A DNA stretch of 64,000 nt from the NCBI RefSeq assembly GCF_009914755.1, contig NC_060933.1; one strand, written 5' to 3'. Position numbers and translations under genes: made by a program. Positions 48,961 through 62,740 of the stretch are shown one piece after another. The stretch's first letter is position 1; every line of letters begins with the position of its first letter. Source of the stretch: the human T2T-CHM13v2.0 reference genome, Homo sapiens. The notes under the pieces were generated by a model. It worked only from the letters and a program-made list of their open reading frames with translations. It was not told the DNA's origin and ran no database searches.

Positions 48961-51900
48961 CATAAGAATTTTTTTCAAACTTGAATAGACTAACAGCAAG
49001 CTTTATAATTTTGGTAATAATGTGTTTTTTAAAACATTGAAACACATCTTGTGTTTTCTATTTCATTATTTAGTCCTTCTAAGTCTGACAATCTTGCATT
49101 TCTTGAAAACAAACTTCTAAATTCTTTTTCTCTTAGTTATTTCTTCACTCAAAGCTAATCAGAGATTTTTCCCTGAGGTTTTTCAGAGGAGGTGAAGCCG
49201 AGAATGTGTGAGTCCAGAAATAACTAATTTCATGTTTCCAGCCTCATAGTTTTCACAGAATTGAGACAATTGCATTCAGTCCCAGATTCCTCACTTCCAC
49301 TCTACTGATCCTTTAATATAATCCTATCTTCTTTTAACTTAAATTAGTTCAAATTTGTTTTGTCTTTTACAACTTAGAGTACGCTTACTAATCAAACAAT
49401 ATAGTATATTCACAACCCTATGAAATGTTCAGAGGGTCAAAAAGCAGTGGTAGAGAGAGGGTCCGAAGAAGCTAGTTGGATCTTGTGGTCACTGGATGAA
49501 GTAACAAAACTAAACCAATTTTACTAAGGATGAGGGTTGTCACTAAAGACCCACATGTAATTATTATTTAAATAGAAGCTTCACAGTTAATATGATCAAC
49601 TTCTATTTCCCTTTGTAAATTCAGCATGGCAACTGTCAATCTATCCTATTATGAGACACATACTGTTAAAAACACAGTTCTGAGTCAAGTGATTGATTTT
49701 TAGATATAATTTTATTTTGTGACAGTCCTGGATAGAGAGATACAAGATTTTGCCTGATTGGATTACTTTCCACCTGATGGGTTTTTTTTGTTTGTTTGTT
49801 TTGAAGTGATGATTTAGCTGCATACCTGGGCATTCAAGTCCAGTTTCCAATCTTCTCTTGACAACAGCTTCATATTATATTTAGGAATCTCAGACTGATG
49901 TCCCCAACATGTGTGCTAATTGCACATGTTTTGCAACTTTCACTGTATTGTATGATTTGCATTATGGTTCATTAGTCTCCTCTACAATTTGACTTGGTCC
50001 TAAATTAGCCATTAAACGTAGCTGACTGCCTTAACTACTGTCATTATCGATTTGCCTGTCTTATTTTTACTAGATTGATATTCACTATGTTTAATTTGCC
50101 TAAGTTTTTTTCTTCTCATTAAATCAATTCTCCTAGTTGTTCATAACAGTGAGGCATATGGGAAACAAAATTCCAATATGCTTCTTTTGTCTTAAGCTCA
50201 TTTTAGTCAGATCTTACCTGGGGAGAATTTCCAGCTGTTATATACAGCTTTAAAAGGTAGGGATATTTATCTAACAGTTGAGGAGAATAGCAATTTGGGA
50301 AATACATCAATGATTGACATGGGTAAAAGAGAGAAAACATAATACCTTTAAATTCATTAAAAATATAGTCTTTATTGTTTTTTCATATTAGTGAAAATAA
50401 ATTCATTTTAGAATAGAAATACCAGTACAGACCTCTTTTTCTGGCCATTTACATCCTAATAGAGTATTTCCCAACTTTCCAAATGTATTTATACTTTAAA
50501 ATTTTATTATTGAATGTTTTTCTTTGCTGATATTTCATCTTTTAGAAGTAAGACAAAAACCAGTTAATTGTCTAAGTAGTTAGCTCTTAGATGCCTGTGT
50601 GGATCCACGGTTTTGTAATCCCCCTCCTCCTTAAAAAGAGAGAGGAGAATAGTAGGCACAGGTTAGCAGGGACGAAGAAAAGTTATCGCAATTGGGAAGT
50701 CTCTGATTGTGGGAACAGATTAAATGAGTTTTGCCAACCTTACAATTTAAACTAGAACTCATAACTATAAGCTCTTTGATCCACATGCCTTGAAGGAATG
50801 GTATTATTATGCATATCATTATACATAAAATGGTATCAGAATATTTGATGCTTCTTTGATGTAGGAATTCAGTTATACTGCAGTGAAGTTCCTACTGGAA
50901 AGCCAGAATAAATACTTAATACTTTTCCTTTAGATATTGTTTTTATTAAGAAGATATTTTAATAGTCATGTTAAATAGCGACATACCATTTTTCCTGCTC
51001 TTTTGTTCTTTTTTCTGAGTATCATATAGATTCCATAATTTTCATTCATACTTCTATGTGTGTCAGTTCATTAGAATTCTTATACTTAATCCTCACTTTT
51101 TCCAAATAATTTTTTTTCAATCAAGACTTTATTAATAAAGTTCCACTGTGTCTACTTGACACGACCCTGTTAACTTTTGAAAGTTTCATTTTTTTCTCAT
51201 CTGAGAAAATGTTGCAGGGTCATCTAGGTTTTTTTCTGTTCCCAGACCTAGAATCAGCCACTTTCTCAAGGAATCCAGGTTCCTTGAGAACATCCTTTCA
51301 GTGATGATTGTGTTACAGAGTGTCTTCTGTAGTTTGGAAGTGTTGTAATTTCTGCCTTGTAAAATCACTGTTTGCTGTGTAGTTCATAGCTATTATATCA
51401 ATATAAAATGTCCTCTCAAACTTTGAAATTTCTTTTTGTGGGTCTAATTCTACCTTTAGTGATCCAATTATCATGATCTTGTCTTCATTCTGATTTTCAT
51501 TTGTCTGACATATCTTTGCCCATCTTTCTATGCATATTATTTCTGAGTTTTTTGCTTTAGATATGTCTCTTATATTTAACATACAGTTAAATTTGACTTT
51601 GTAATTCATTCAAAATTTTTTTTCCTTTTAAGTCAATTTACATTTCCTGATATAACTTAAAAGTTGGTTTTAAATTTTGTCATATTATTTTCTTATTTTT
51701 AATGTATGGATTTGCAAATAAAAAGTAAATCTAAAATAATATATGTAAATAAAAACACATTCTCTATGTCATATATCATATCTTTTCTTTATTGTTTGCT
51801 TGTATTTCTAAATATGAGACCATTTATATATTTGTTATCATGGCTACTTTTATCCTAATATTATATGTATGTATCCTAATGTCTATATATAATATTACTT

Positions 51901-52518
51901 ATATCCTAACATATATTTTATCCTAATATCATATAATGTATCTTAACAATATATTCACCTCCCATACACACACACACATACACTCACAAATAAACACAAA
52001 CATTTAACCGATTTTTGCCATATCTCTTGGTTACCTATTATGATCAACAACATTTTCTTACTACATCTCGCTCCTTTCTCTCTGCTTGTTTTCTCCTCCT
52101 GATTCTGTGTAGCAAATAATAGTTTGATGCTATTTTATTGAATATGATTACTCTTATTAATTTGTCAGTTTAAAATGTTGTATTTATTCTCGCATACTAC
52201 CTAAAGGAACTAATGAACTTATTTTTCATGTTCTCCTCTCTATTCTCTTATTTTTATCCCCTCTAATTCTTAACCACTTATCCATATGACATTTGCACTT
52301 ATTTAGTTTTAATTGTCTGACTACAGATTATTTTATCTTACTATGTAATAATCATGTTTTATGATAATAGCCACAGGGTTTTTTTTTTTTTCCTTTTTAA
52401 TCCTTATGATTTACATTTCTTTGGCCTAATTTAAAGAACACCAGTAGAGCTTTGAAAGAAAAAAGGCAGGGGAGAGGGTGGGAGAATTTTAGGTATTGTC
52501 TAGTTCCTGATCTCATAG

Positions 52519-53195
52519 CGATACAGGAGATAGAAATAAATTATTTTGGCAGATAGTGAAAGTAAAAGAGTCCTTGGCAATGCTTCCCTTCTAACTAAAA
52601 GCAGCTCGAGCACTTTTTTTTTTTTCTCCTAACAAAGAGCAGCCTGAAAAATGGAAATGCGAACATAGAGAAGCCGGAAGCTTGCATGAGGGAATGCAGC
52701 AGCTGCGCCAATAGAAAAGAGCTACCTGGTGGCCAGGCATGTCCAACATGGAGGCTCCATCTTCCCTTTTTTGTTACCACGTGTACAGTAAAGGAATGGG
52801 CAACATGGTACCAGCCAGGCAGCGAACCCATCTGCATAATAAAAGTGTAGGCTGGGGGAGGCCAGAAATTCATGCCCTATGCAAATGGCACACCTAGTCC
52901 TAACCAGTATCTCACTCCTCATGCAAAGAACACACCTGATCTGACCAATCTTGCACGCCCCATGTAAACCAGACACCGCCTCCTCAAGCTTATCTCTAAA
53001 ACCCCCTGCATTTCACCCCGAAACCGAAACCGGCAACCCGTTCAGGACCCCTCTCTCTGCAGGAGGGAGTTCTTTCCTTTCTTTTGCCTATTAAACTTCC
53101 ACTCTTTACCTTACTCTTGTGTGTCCACGTCCTTTTTTTCCATGGTTGTGGAACACTGAACCTCAGGTATCACTCCAGACAACGAGGCCATTTCA
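52519..53195 (+). mobile_element. MER50-like ERV1 solo LTR
   Basis: '(c)gatacaggagatagaaataaattattttggcagatagtg...ccagacaacgaggccatttca'; perfect 4-bp TSD ATAG at 52515-52518 and 53196-53199, inside an antisense L1 fragment. Confidence 0.87.
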
Positions 53196-53294
53196 ATAGG
53201 AAAAAGTTTCAATAAATGACTATTAAACGTGATCTATTTTTAAATTTTAGTCATTGCCATTTTTACTTCTAGAATTTTTATTTGATGCTCTTTT

Positions 53295-54330
<1,036 letters not shown>

Positions 54331-54586
54331 GAATAGATCTAATTCTAAAAATTAATAGATTTTATTTCTTAAAGTTAGATTTACAGAAAAATTTTTAAAA
54401 AGTACAGAATTCCCTCTCCTGGTTTATAGTTTCTCCTATTGTTCATGTCTTACATTGGTATGGCTCATTTGTGGAAATTAATGATACAAAAGTGATATAT
54501 CATTATTAAGCAAAGTCCATTGTTTACACTAGAGTTCACTCTGAGTTGTGTAGTTCTGTGGGTTTTGCCAAATGCATTGTGTCATG

Positions 54587-55147
54587 TTGCATTAAAGTGT
54601 TCCTGGGATTTTGGTTTTACTGAGATGTGGTGAGGGCAGCAGATCAGTAGATGATTGCTATTAAAAAGACAGTTTATTACAGTTCCCAAGAGGAAGGTAA
54701 GCAAGGTATGGTCACAGGGGAGAACACCAAACTCAGTTGCAGGCAGAGAGGGAAAGCTAGGCAAACTGCTTGAAAGTCTTATGATTTTTGTGGGAAGAAA
54801 TGGGGGAGGCAGTGTAAACAGGATAATGAGGTTTAAGATTGGATAGTTTAAATAATTTCACCAGTATCTCAGGTATAAGGGATGCCTCTAGGTGTCTGAT
54901 GCCTAGGGAAGGGATCTGATGTCAAGGAAGGGAACTAGTGTCACAAGTGTAATAGCCCAATAAAGCTAGTGGGTGGGGAGTATGGGCTCTGAATTCGTTA
55001 GTTTGCATATGAAGCACAGGCACACAGGAGAATTCCTTACTCTCTCCAGGAATCTGTTAACCCTAAGAGAGCAGTACTGTCCTAGTCAACAAGACCCCAG
55101 GTGTCAAAATATCAGACTCAAAAACTAGAAAACATGGTTAATATACA
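54587..55147 (-). mobile_element. ERVL solo LTR, MER73/MER74-like
   Basis: Minus strand starts 'tgtatattaaccatgttttc...tttgacacctggggtcttgttgac...catatgcaaactaacgaattcagagccc'; interrupts the L1 at 'tgtca|tgtatc'. Confidence 0.6.
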
Positions 55148-55280
55148 TGTATCTACCATGACAGTATCATACAGAATTGAATCCTTTCATTATCCTAAAA
55201 ATCCTGTGTTTCACCTATTTATCTCTTTTTCTCCCCTCAAGCTCTAGCAATCACTGACCTTGTAATTGTCCGTATTGTTT

Positions 55281-55510
55281 TGTCAGAGGCTTTTACACCA
55301 GAACAACTCCATCTTGAAAAGGAGCTGGGTGAAATGAGGCTGAGACCTACTGTGCTGCATTCCCAGACGGGTAAGGTATTCTAAATCACAGGATGAGACA
55401 GGAGGCTGGCACAAGATACAGGTCATAAAGACCTTGCTGATAAAACAGTTTGCAGTAAAGAAGTCAGCCCAAACCAAGATGGCCACAGGAGTGACCATCA
55501 CTGCTACATT
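55281..55510 (+). mobile_element. 5' fragment of a MER41A-like LTR
   Basis: 'tgtcagaggc...aactccatcttgaa...gagacctactg...aggtcataaagaccttgctgataaaacag...ccaagatggccac'; stops after ~230 bp. Confidence 0.85.
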
Positions 55511-56049
55511 TCCAAGTATGCAGCCTTTTCAGGTTGGCTTTTTCCACAAAGCAATATACATTTAAAGTACCTCATTGTATTTTCATGGCTTGGTAGCTCA
55601 TTTTTTTATTGCTCAATTATATTCCATTTCATAGGTGTATCAAAGTTTATTGATCCCTTCACCTGTTGAACTGCTATAAACCTTCATGTGCAGGTTGTTG
55701 TGTGGACATCAGTTTTCAACTCATTTGGGTAAAACAATGAGAACCAATGGTGCATCACATGATGATGTGCTTAGCTTTGTAAGAAACTGACAACTTAACG
55801 TGGCTGTACCATTTTGCATTCCCATCAGTAATGAATTAGAATGTCTGTAGCTTCAATCCTCTTCAGTATTTGGTATTATAGTGTTTTGGATTTTAGATGT
55901 TTTAATAGTTGTTTAGGTATCTTGTTTTTAAAATCTGTAATTCCATAAATGACATATGAAGTTGAATGTCTTTCATGTGCTTATTTGCCAACTGTCTACT
56001 TTCTTTGGTGATGTGTCTTTTCACATGTTTCACAGATTTTTTAACTGGC

Positions 56050-56300
56050 TTAAATATATAGTTTGATAGAAGAAATAAAACTTAGTTTAGTGGGGTGACT
56101 ATAGATTCTAATTATCTATTATATAATTCAAAATTGCTAGAGGAAATAATTTGAGTAGTTCCAGCATAAAGAAAAAACAAATATTTATGGTAATAGATAT
56201 CCCAAAGTACAAAGGTTTGAGCTTTAAAACTTATATAAATGTATTGTCACATGTAGCCCAAAACTATGTATATCTCTTATGCATCAGTTTTTAAAAAATC
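56050..56300 (+). mobile_element. L1MA7/8-like 3' terminal fragment
   Basis: 'caaaattgctagagg...ccagcataaagaaa...aatatttatggtaatagatatccc...tcacatgtagcccaaaactatgta'. Confidence 0.65.
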
Positions 56301-57406
56301 ACACTTTTGCTGGTCATGTACACAGCCCTGAACATGTGTGCAGTATTCTACATTCTCAGGAGTAAATCAGAGCTTTACAAAGCTTTCTATGGAAATCTTA
56401 TTCTCCTACTACTTCTTTCAAGTGTTTCAGCTAGCATCTTGTTAGCAACAGCTGTTGTAGCCACCTCAAGCAGGTTTAATGTTAAACAGTTGTCATTGAT
56501 TGTTTTCTACAAATGCACTGAAGACAGGACTGTTTGCATAAAGGAAACTCTAAGGTCAAATAAAAACAATCTGTGAGAATAAGGCATTTTCAGAGAGCTG
56601 CCAACAGGTGAATAGTGATAATTATCTGAGAGATGACCATTTTCATCACGATTTAAATACGTTCTGCTCCTCCAATGACTAGCAGGCTGCTGTTTTCCAA
56701 AACCACCATTGTTGTAAAGTTTTTGTTCTTCTGTTTTTTATGGCTACTGCAGAACTGGGGACAGGTGAGTTTAGGGTAAGTTAAACATCACAAAGCTTTC
56801 TAATCTTACCAGGATTCAGCCATTTTATTTTTAATACCGCTTTTTTTGGATTGTTGTAAATCTTTAACTTGAAATTCTGGAAAAGTCCGTTTTTACTCTT
56901 TTTTTTTCAAAATTCTCTTTTTTTTTTTATGGAGAAGCAGACTTTAACAAGTCCTTATTCTGTCATTCCAGATATTTTTCTTGTTGATTGCTTTTTATAG
57001 AATCCAATTTTCTCATAAGATTTTTCATGTTCTTATCTATGTTCTCCTTGATTTCATATTTTGAACATAATTATAAGTTATTTAAATTTTTTTTTACTAT
57101 TCCAATATATGGATTACCCATTAATTTGTCTTTTTATTTCTTTTCATTCATATGATCTTCTTTTTGCAATATCTAGCATTTTTTGAGTGATATACCATTG
57201 CATATCCAAAATTATACGGTATCTAGATAATATTGTCTTCCCCTGGAGGTGATATACTCTTTCTTGTTCTAGAACAATAAAGTGTTGCTGAATCACTTCT
57301 ATCTAATTAGAGACGAAGTTAGTTTAGGCCTGGGTTCTGTCTACCTTTTAATCACCTGTTTATGAGACATAGCCCTCCACATTCTTTTCTGATTTGGGTT
57401 CACTAC

Positions 57407-58006
57407 TATCAACCTGAAATGATTAAAACAAAATCATAATCCAGGTTTAAAGAATTTATTCAAGAGAAGAGCTGGGGATACCCATCAGGAAAAAAACATA
57501 CTCCACAGAAATGGGATCAGTGCTCTAAAGTTAAAAGTCAAGGTCTTGCTTATATAGGCCGAAAACAAAAATATTTAGTAGGATTATACATTTTCTATAC
57601 TTGGCTGGTTTATGAAATATAACAATTTAATAAGTTACAGTTTGTCTTATTTTCACTGCAGCTTGCTTTCTTTTTAATTTGAAAGATTGTATTTAACATT
57701 TCATCTTAAGATGAGGTGATATTCATGAAATCATTGTGTAAGTTGGGTAAAATGAAAGATAATATATAATGAAGATCAACAGTGAAGGGCGAAGGAGTCT
57801 TCCCTGGCACCCTTTAGTCATTTACAACATTTTCCAAAATAATGTAAGTAAGGAAAAAGGCTAATTCATAATTAGAGAGACAAAGGTTACAACTGCCTAG
57901 GTTACAGATACTTGTCAGGTGACTCAGGCCCCATAATCATACTTTGTTAAGGCTCAAAATAATTTAACGTTCCAACAGCATAGATTTTGAATTACTTATT
58001 TTCACA
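57407..58006 (-). mobile_element. ERV1 (MER4-group, LTR24-like) solo LTR
   Basis: Minus strand begins 'tgtgaaaataagtaattcaaaatcta...ttttgagccttaa'; near-TSD ctac (57403-57406) / ttac (58007-58010). Subfamily name uncertain. Confidence 0.65.
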
Positions 58007-58853
58007 TTACCAACCTTCCCCACTTTCTTGAACCATGGACATTTATTTGTAAGGCAAAACTCAAATTTTCATTCTATACACCATTCTTTTTTGTCTCTAT
58101 GAAAAAAATAGAAACTATTCCCAGGAGCAATGTAGCTTCACGATTTCAGCATACCTCTTTGATGTTCTCACTTCTTCAAAACCTTTGCCTCTGTGTTCCT
58201 CATTTCATGAGCTTTCTAATGCCTTAAAATAGACTTTTGTTTTATATTTTATAAATCCAAAATTGTTATGTTTAGCAGCAGTGTTTTCAGCATTTTATGT
58301 GGAAGATCATATGTAGATGCAGCAGTTCTAATTTATTTTTTTTCTAGCCAATCATAATGATTAGATTTTCTAAAGACAATCATAAGTACGAGAATTCAAT
58401 ACAGAGAAGAAGGGGCTGGGGAATCTTTAGATCTGAGAATAGGTTTTATATTCACTTTCCCCAGCTCTCTAATGGATGCCCCCCAACCTTCTCTCTTTCT
58501 CATAAATGCTTAGAGTAATGCCCATTATTTCCATTTATTCTTTTATTCTGGAAAAGTGTTTCTGGGTTCTGCTTATATTTGTTATTCTCAGATTTTTCCT
58601 GCCACTCGACCAACAAATTTTGTGTAGCCTCTGCTAGTTTGAGGTTGTTTAGTTTATAAGTTTAGTTTATTTAATCTTCTGACGTATTTTAAAGAAAAAT
58701 ATAGGCCTCATGTCATTTCACCCATACAATACCAACAATCATCTTTGGAAGGCAAGGGCAGCATTTATTCCATTAAAATAAAGTGTGACATATTATAAAG
58801 TGTTGTTATTGAGGAGGTTTTTGTTTGAACAGTGCACACATACATACTATACA

Positions 58854-59230
58854 TGTGATGGTTAATACTGAGTGTCAACTTGATTGGATTGAGTGATACA
58901 AAGTATTAATCCTGAGTGTGTTTGTGTGGGTGTTGCCAAAAGAGATTAACATTGGAGTCAGTGGGCTGGGGAAGGCAGATCCACCCTTAATCTGGTGGGT
59001 ACAGTCTAATAGCTTCCAGCAAACATAAACCAGGCAGAAAAACGTGAAAAGGAGAGACAGGCCTAGCCTTCCAGCCTATGTCTTTCTCCCATGCTGGATG
59101 CTTCCTGCCCTGGAATATCAGACTCCAAGTTCTTAGACTTCTAGACTTGGACTGGCTCTCCTTGCTCCTCAGCTTGCAGGCAGCCTATTATAGGACCTAT
59201 TGATCATGTAAGTTAATACTTAATAAATTC

Positions 59231-59289
<59 letters not shown>

Positions 59290-59322
59290 TTCTGTCCTTC
59301 TAAGAGAAACCTGACTAATACA
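58854..59322 (+). mobile_element. MLT2A1-like ERVL solo LTR
   Basis: tgtgatggttaatactgagtgtcaacttgattggattga ... aataaa ... (TA)n ... ctgactaataca; complete TG...CA ends. Confidence 0.93.
59233..59286. repeat. (TA)n microsatellite, about 27 units, inside MLT2A1
   Basis: Direct reading. Confidence 0.95.
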
Positions 59323-60599
59323 CACGATTTCTACTTTACATTTTTCCCACAAAATATCACATTTTTCACTCATGTCTGCATTAGAAGCTTTATTCCCTTA
59401 TTTATTGAGTTATGTTATTTCTTCATATTCTATATTGATTGTGAAGCATATGATAGATATTTCATTCTTATAAAGGATTAATTGCAAATTAAGGTATATT
59501 TAAGTCTTAATAATATCAAACTTACACTTTACAATTTCACTGCTTTTGTATGTGATCTCATATATCTAATTTTCCTTGGTTTCTCTTTTAGTTTGTTTTT
59601 TTTTGTCCTAAACTGACATATTTAATATTTATTATCTTTCTCTGATTCAAAGAATTTGTTTTCAACATGCTAATGAAAAGGTGTGGTTTACATCAGTAAA
59701 TTGTTCAGTTAGGAAAAATCCATCCTGTGAAAAATGTAATGAGAAAAAGTAGAGTAATCCTATAAAAACTGAAAAACATTATGATACACACATGAACACA
59801 TACATGCATGCACATGTATCTGAGAAAATTTAATATAGACTGGAACTAGATAACAAGAAGTATATTTATATTTTAGATATAAAAATGACTGGTTATATAC
59901 AAAATAGTATTCTTATACTGCAGATAACTTACTTACAAAATTCATTTTAATTAAAACCAGGAATTAGAATAATAGTAAAATATTTCATGCTAGAATTTTA
60001 GATTATGTTGGTCAGTTTTATTTATTCTCATTTTTGTTTTGTTTCTTATTTTTACATATGCCATTAAATGGAGGAAAGTATGACACAATGCTAGTAGTAT
60101 CTTCAGGTAATTGTTTCAAAATTGGTTCTAGTGAATTAACGAAAGTATTTAAAATATTGAGAAACCTGTCATTATTTACTAATTCTATTTGGAATAACCT
60201 AGACAGCAATAAATCAAGCAAAATGTGCAGAACATCACAAAATGATTAACTCATTCTCTTCAATGAATTATATCACTCTTTTTGTGTACAGATTTTCCAG
60301 CATCAAATTAAATTTTAAAATAATTACACTGGTTATGAGATTGGTAAACATGCATTCTAAGGCATAGCTGTGCTATTTTCTGGCAATGTTCTCTTTGATA
60401 AATTACTTATTCAATCATTATTTATTTAATTGTAAAATAAACATACAGAACACTTGCTATTTCAACACATAACACTATTTCACTAGATAGGTTATTTTAT
60501 TTAATTCTCTCAATATTGTAAGAAGCAAGGCATTGATAGCTTAATTTTATACATAATAAGATACCAAGAGTAACTCATTGTATGTGTGTGTGTGCACAT

Positions 60600-61090
60600 G
60601 TAAATTATTGATATAATTTTAGACTTATAGAAAAGTTACAAAAATAGTGTATATAAATCATATATCCTTTATCCAGAGCCACCAATTATAAAGTTTCCCA
60701 TTTATCATTATTCTCTTTTTTCTGTTTTCTCTCTTCTCTCACTTTCTTCCTCACTCTAAGAGTATATGATTTTGTGTATATATTTTAAAATCATTTGAGT
60801 GTAAGTTAGGAACATAGTACTCATTTATTCCTTAGTACTTCACTATGTATTTACTAAGATTGAGGTTTTTCTATTATATACCACAATATAGCTATCAAAA
60901 TCAAGATATTTAATATAAATGCCATGCTATTATCCATATTAGATCCTGTATACAAATTTATTTTATTGTTCCAATATTGTGTTTTAAATTTCTTTTGTTT
61001 TTCCAATCCTGGAGCTAATCCAGAATCACTTACTGCATTTACCTGTTATCTTTCTGAGACATCTATTATATAAAACAGTTCCTCAGATCT
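60600..61090 (-). mobile_element. L1MC4/5-like 3' fragment
   Basis: 'ataattttagacttatagaaaagttacaaaaatagt', 'ccacaatatagctatcaaaatcaag', 'ctgcatttacctgttatctttct'. Confidence 0.6.
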
Positions 61091-61769
61091 TCCTTTTCTT
61101 TTATTGTAGAACATATTATAATTGAAAACATTAATAATTATATATGACATGGCAAATGTCAGGATAGCAGTTGTTGGTAAAATGGTTTGTTATAATTAAA
61201 TGAGATGCTACATGTAGGAAACATTCAGTGAAACAATATATCAAAAATAGTCTATTAATTTATTCTAACAGTAGTATGTGTGATATACTAAAAAATTAAC
61301 TAAAAATTAACTAAAAGCATTGACTATTTGGAAAGATATCCATTTAAATGGTTGAAATTATTTTAGAGAATAATTTCTATTCTTTACATTATCATTGATA
61401 CATCATATTCAAAGTTGTGTTTAGATGTAATTAAAAGAGTAATCACCTGATTGACTAACCAACTAATATAATTAATTTTTCATCTCTTTACCTTTTGTTT
61501 TCTGTTTCTTTGAAGTTATGTTTGTCTTGAAATATAGTTTCTAATCACTTTTTGTAAAGTATCAATTCCACTGTGTCTTAGCTATGTGAGGTTGTTCAAG
61601 TTGTAATTTCCATTTTTATTCGTCACTTATTTAAATTGAGTCTAAGTGATAGTTCCTTTCCCCACGAGGAAGCGAATAGTAAATATTCAAATGGCATTCA
61701 AAATATTTGTTTAATTATTTATGAATTGCACCATTGGTTGTAAATTAAGATCAGATACTTAAGATGCAC

Positions 61770-62740
61770 ATATACATGAGTTAAAATCAAGTTACTAACT
61801 GTTTGCCTTATGGCAATTTGAGGCTCTTGAAATCCCCATTTCCTTAGTTGTAAAATAGAAATGATAATAATATCTATCTTATAGAGCTTTGGATATATTT
61901 AACTAAAGTAATGCACTTAAAGTGATTAGCCTGGTGTCTCAAAAATGGAAAGCGTTCAGCTGGATATTCCTATAGGCCACATATTTATGTTTTTTTTCTC
62001 TGTGAACCTCAGAGGATAGTTCAAAATAATTTTTTTAAACACTTAGAGCTGTGTAATAAGGAAATATATTGCCTGTGAATGCTCTACATTGAAAATAATA
62101 AGATTCTGTAAGAGGTACTAAAGAGTCTATTTCTCCAGTCAGGCTAAGCCCTCTAAGCTTTCTATTAAGACTTTTTTAACATTAGATTTTATGATGCTAT
62201 GACTTTATGTTCAATATCTGAAGATTAGCTAGAGATCAGTTTAAGAGAATTTTCTTATCATAAAGTAGGCCCATTGAAATTTTTAATACTGATTAACATT
62301 AAATTTTATAAGACTTTAGAATATTCCTCAGGGACCTTTTTTTGTTTGTTTTTATTGTTATGCTTCACTCTTCTGGAATGTGAGCAGCATATATTAAATG
62401 AGGACACAAGAAAAGTATCTTGATAGTTTTAATGATCTGGTCAGATTAATATTTATTATATGTTATAGTAAGCAATATTTAATTATGATAAAATAATAAT
62501 GATTATAACAGATGAAATGTAGTGAGCACATACTATTTGTTAAGCACTATTGGTAATTTTACATATTTCACTTATCCTTATCACAATTTTATGATAATAT
62601 GGGGAGTTTTATTATCATAATTTTATTACAGAGAAATATTAATTATATATAGATTATATTATCTCCCAAATCAAATTAGTAATGAATTAGAAAGCATTCA
62701 AACCCAGATCAGCTGACACTATATAAACCACTCTTTTCTT
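61770..62740. mobile_element. Two degenerate MIR fragments (~61770-61960 +, ~62490-62740 -)
   Basis: 'ccatttccttagttgtaaaatagaaatgataataatatctatcttatagag' and 'gtgagcacatactatttgttaagcact...cattcaaacccagatcagctgac'. Confidence 0.5.

Larger units (their letters stand above)
54350..56045 (-). mobile_element. L1MC/MD-like 3' region hosting two LTRs
   Basis: 'gatttacagaaaaatt...agtacagaattccc', 'gttcactctgagttgtgtagttctgtgggttttg', 'catgtgcaggttgttgtgtggacatcagttttcaactcatttgggtaaa'. Confidence 0.7.
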
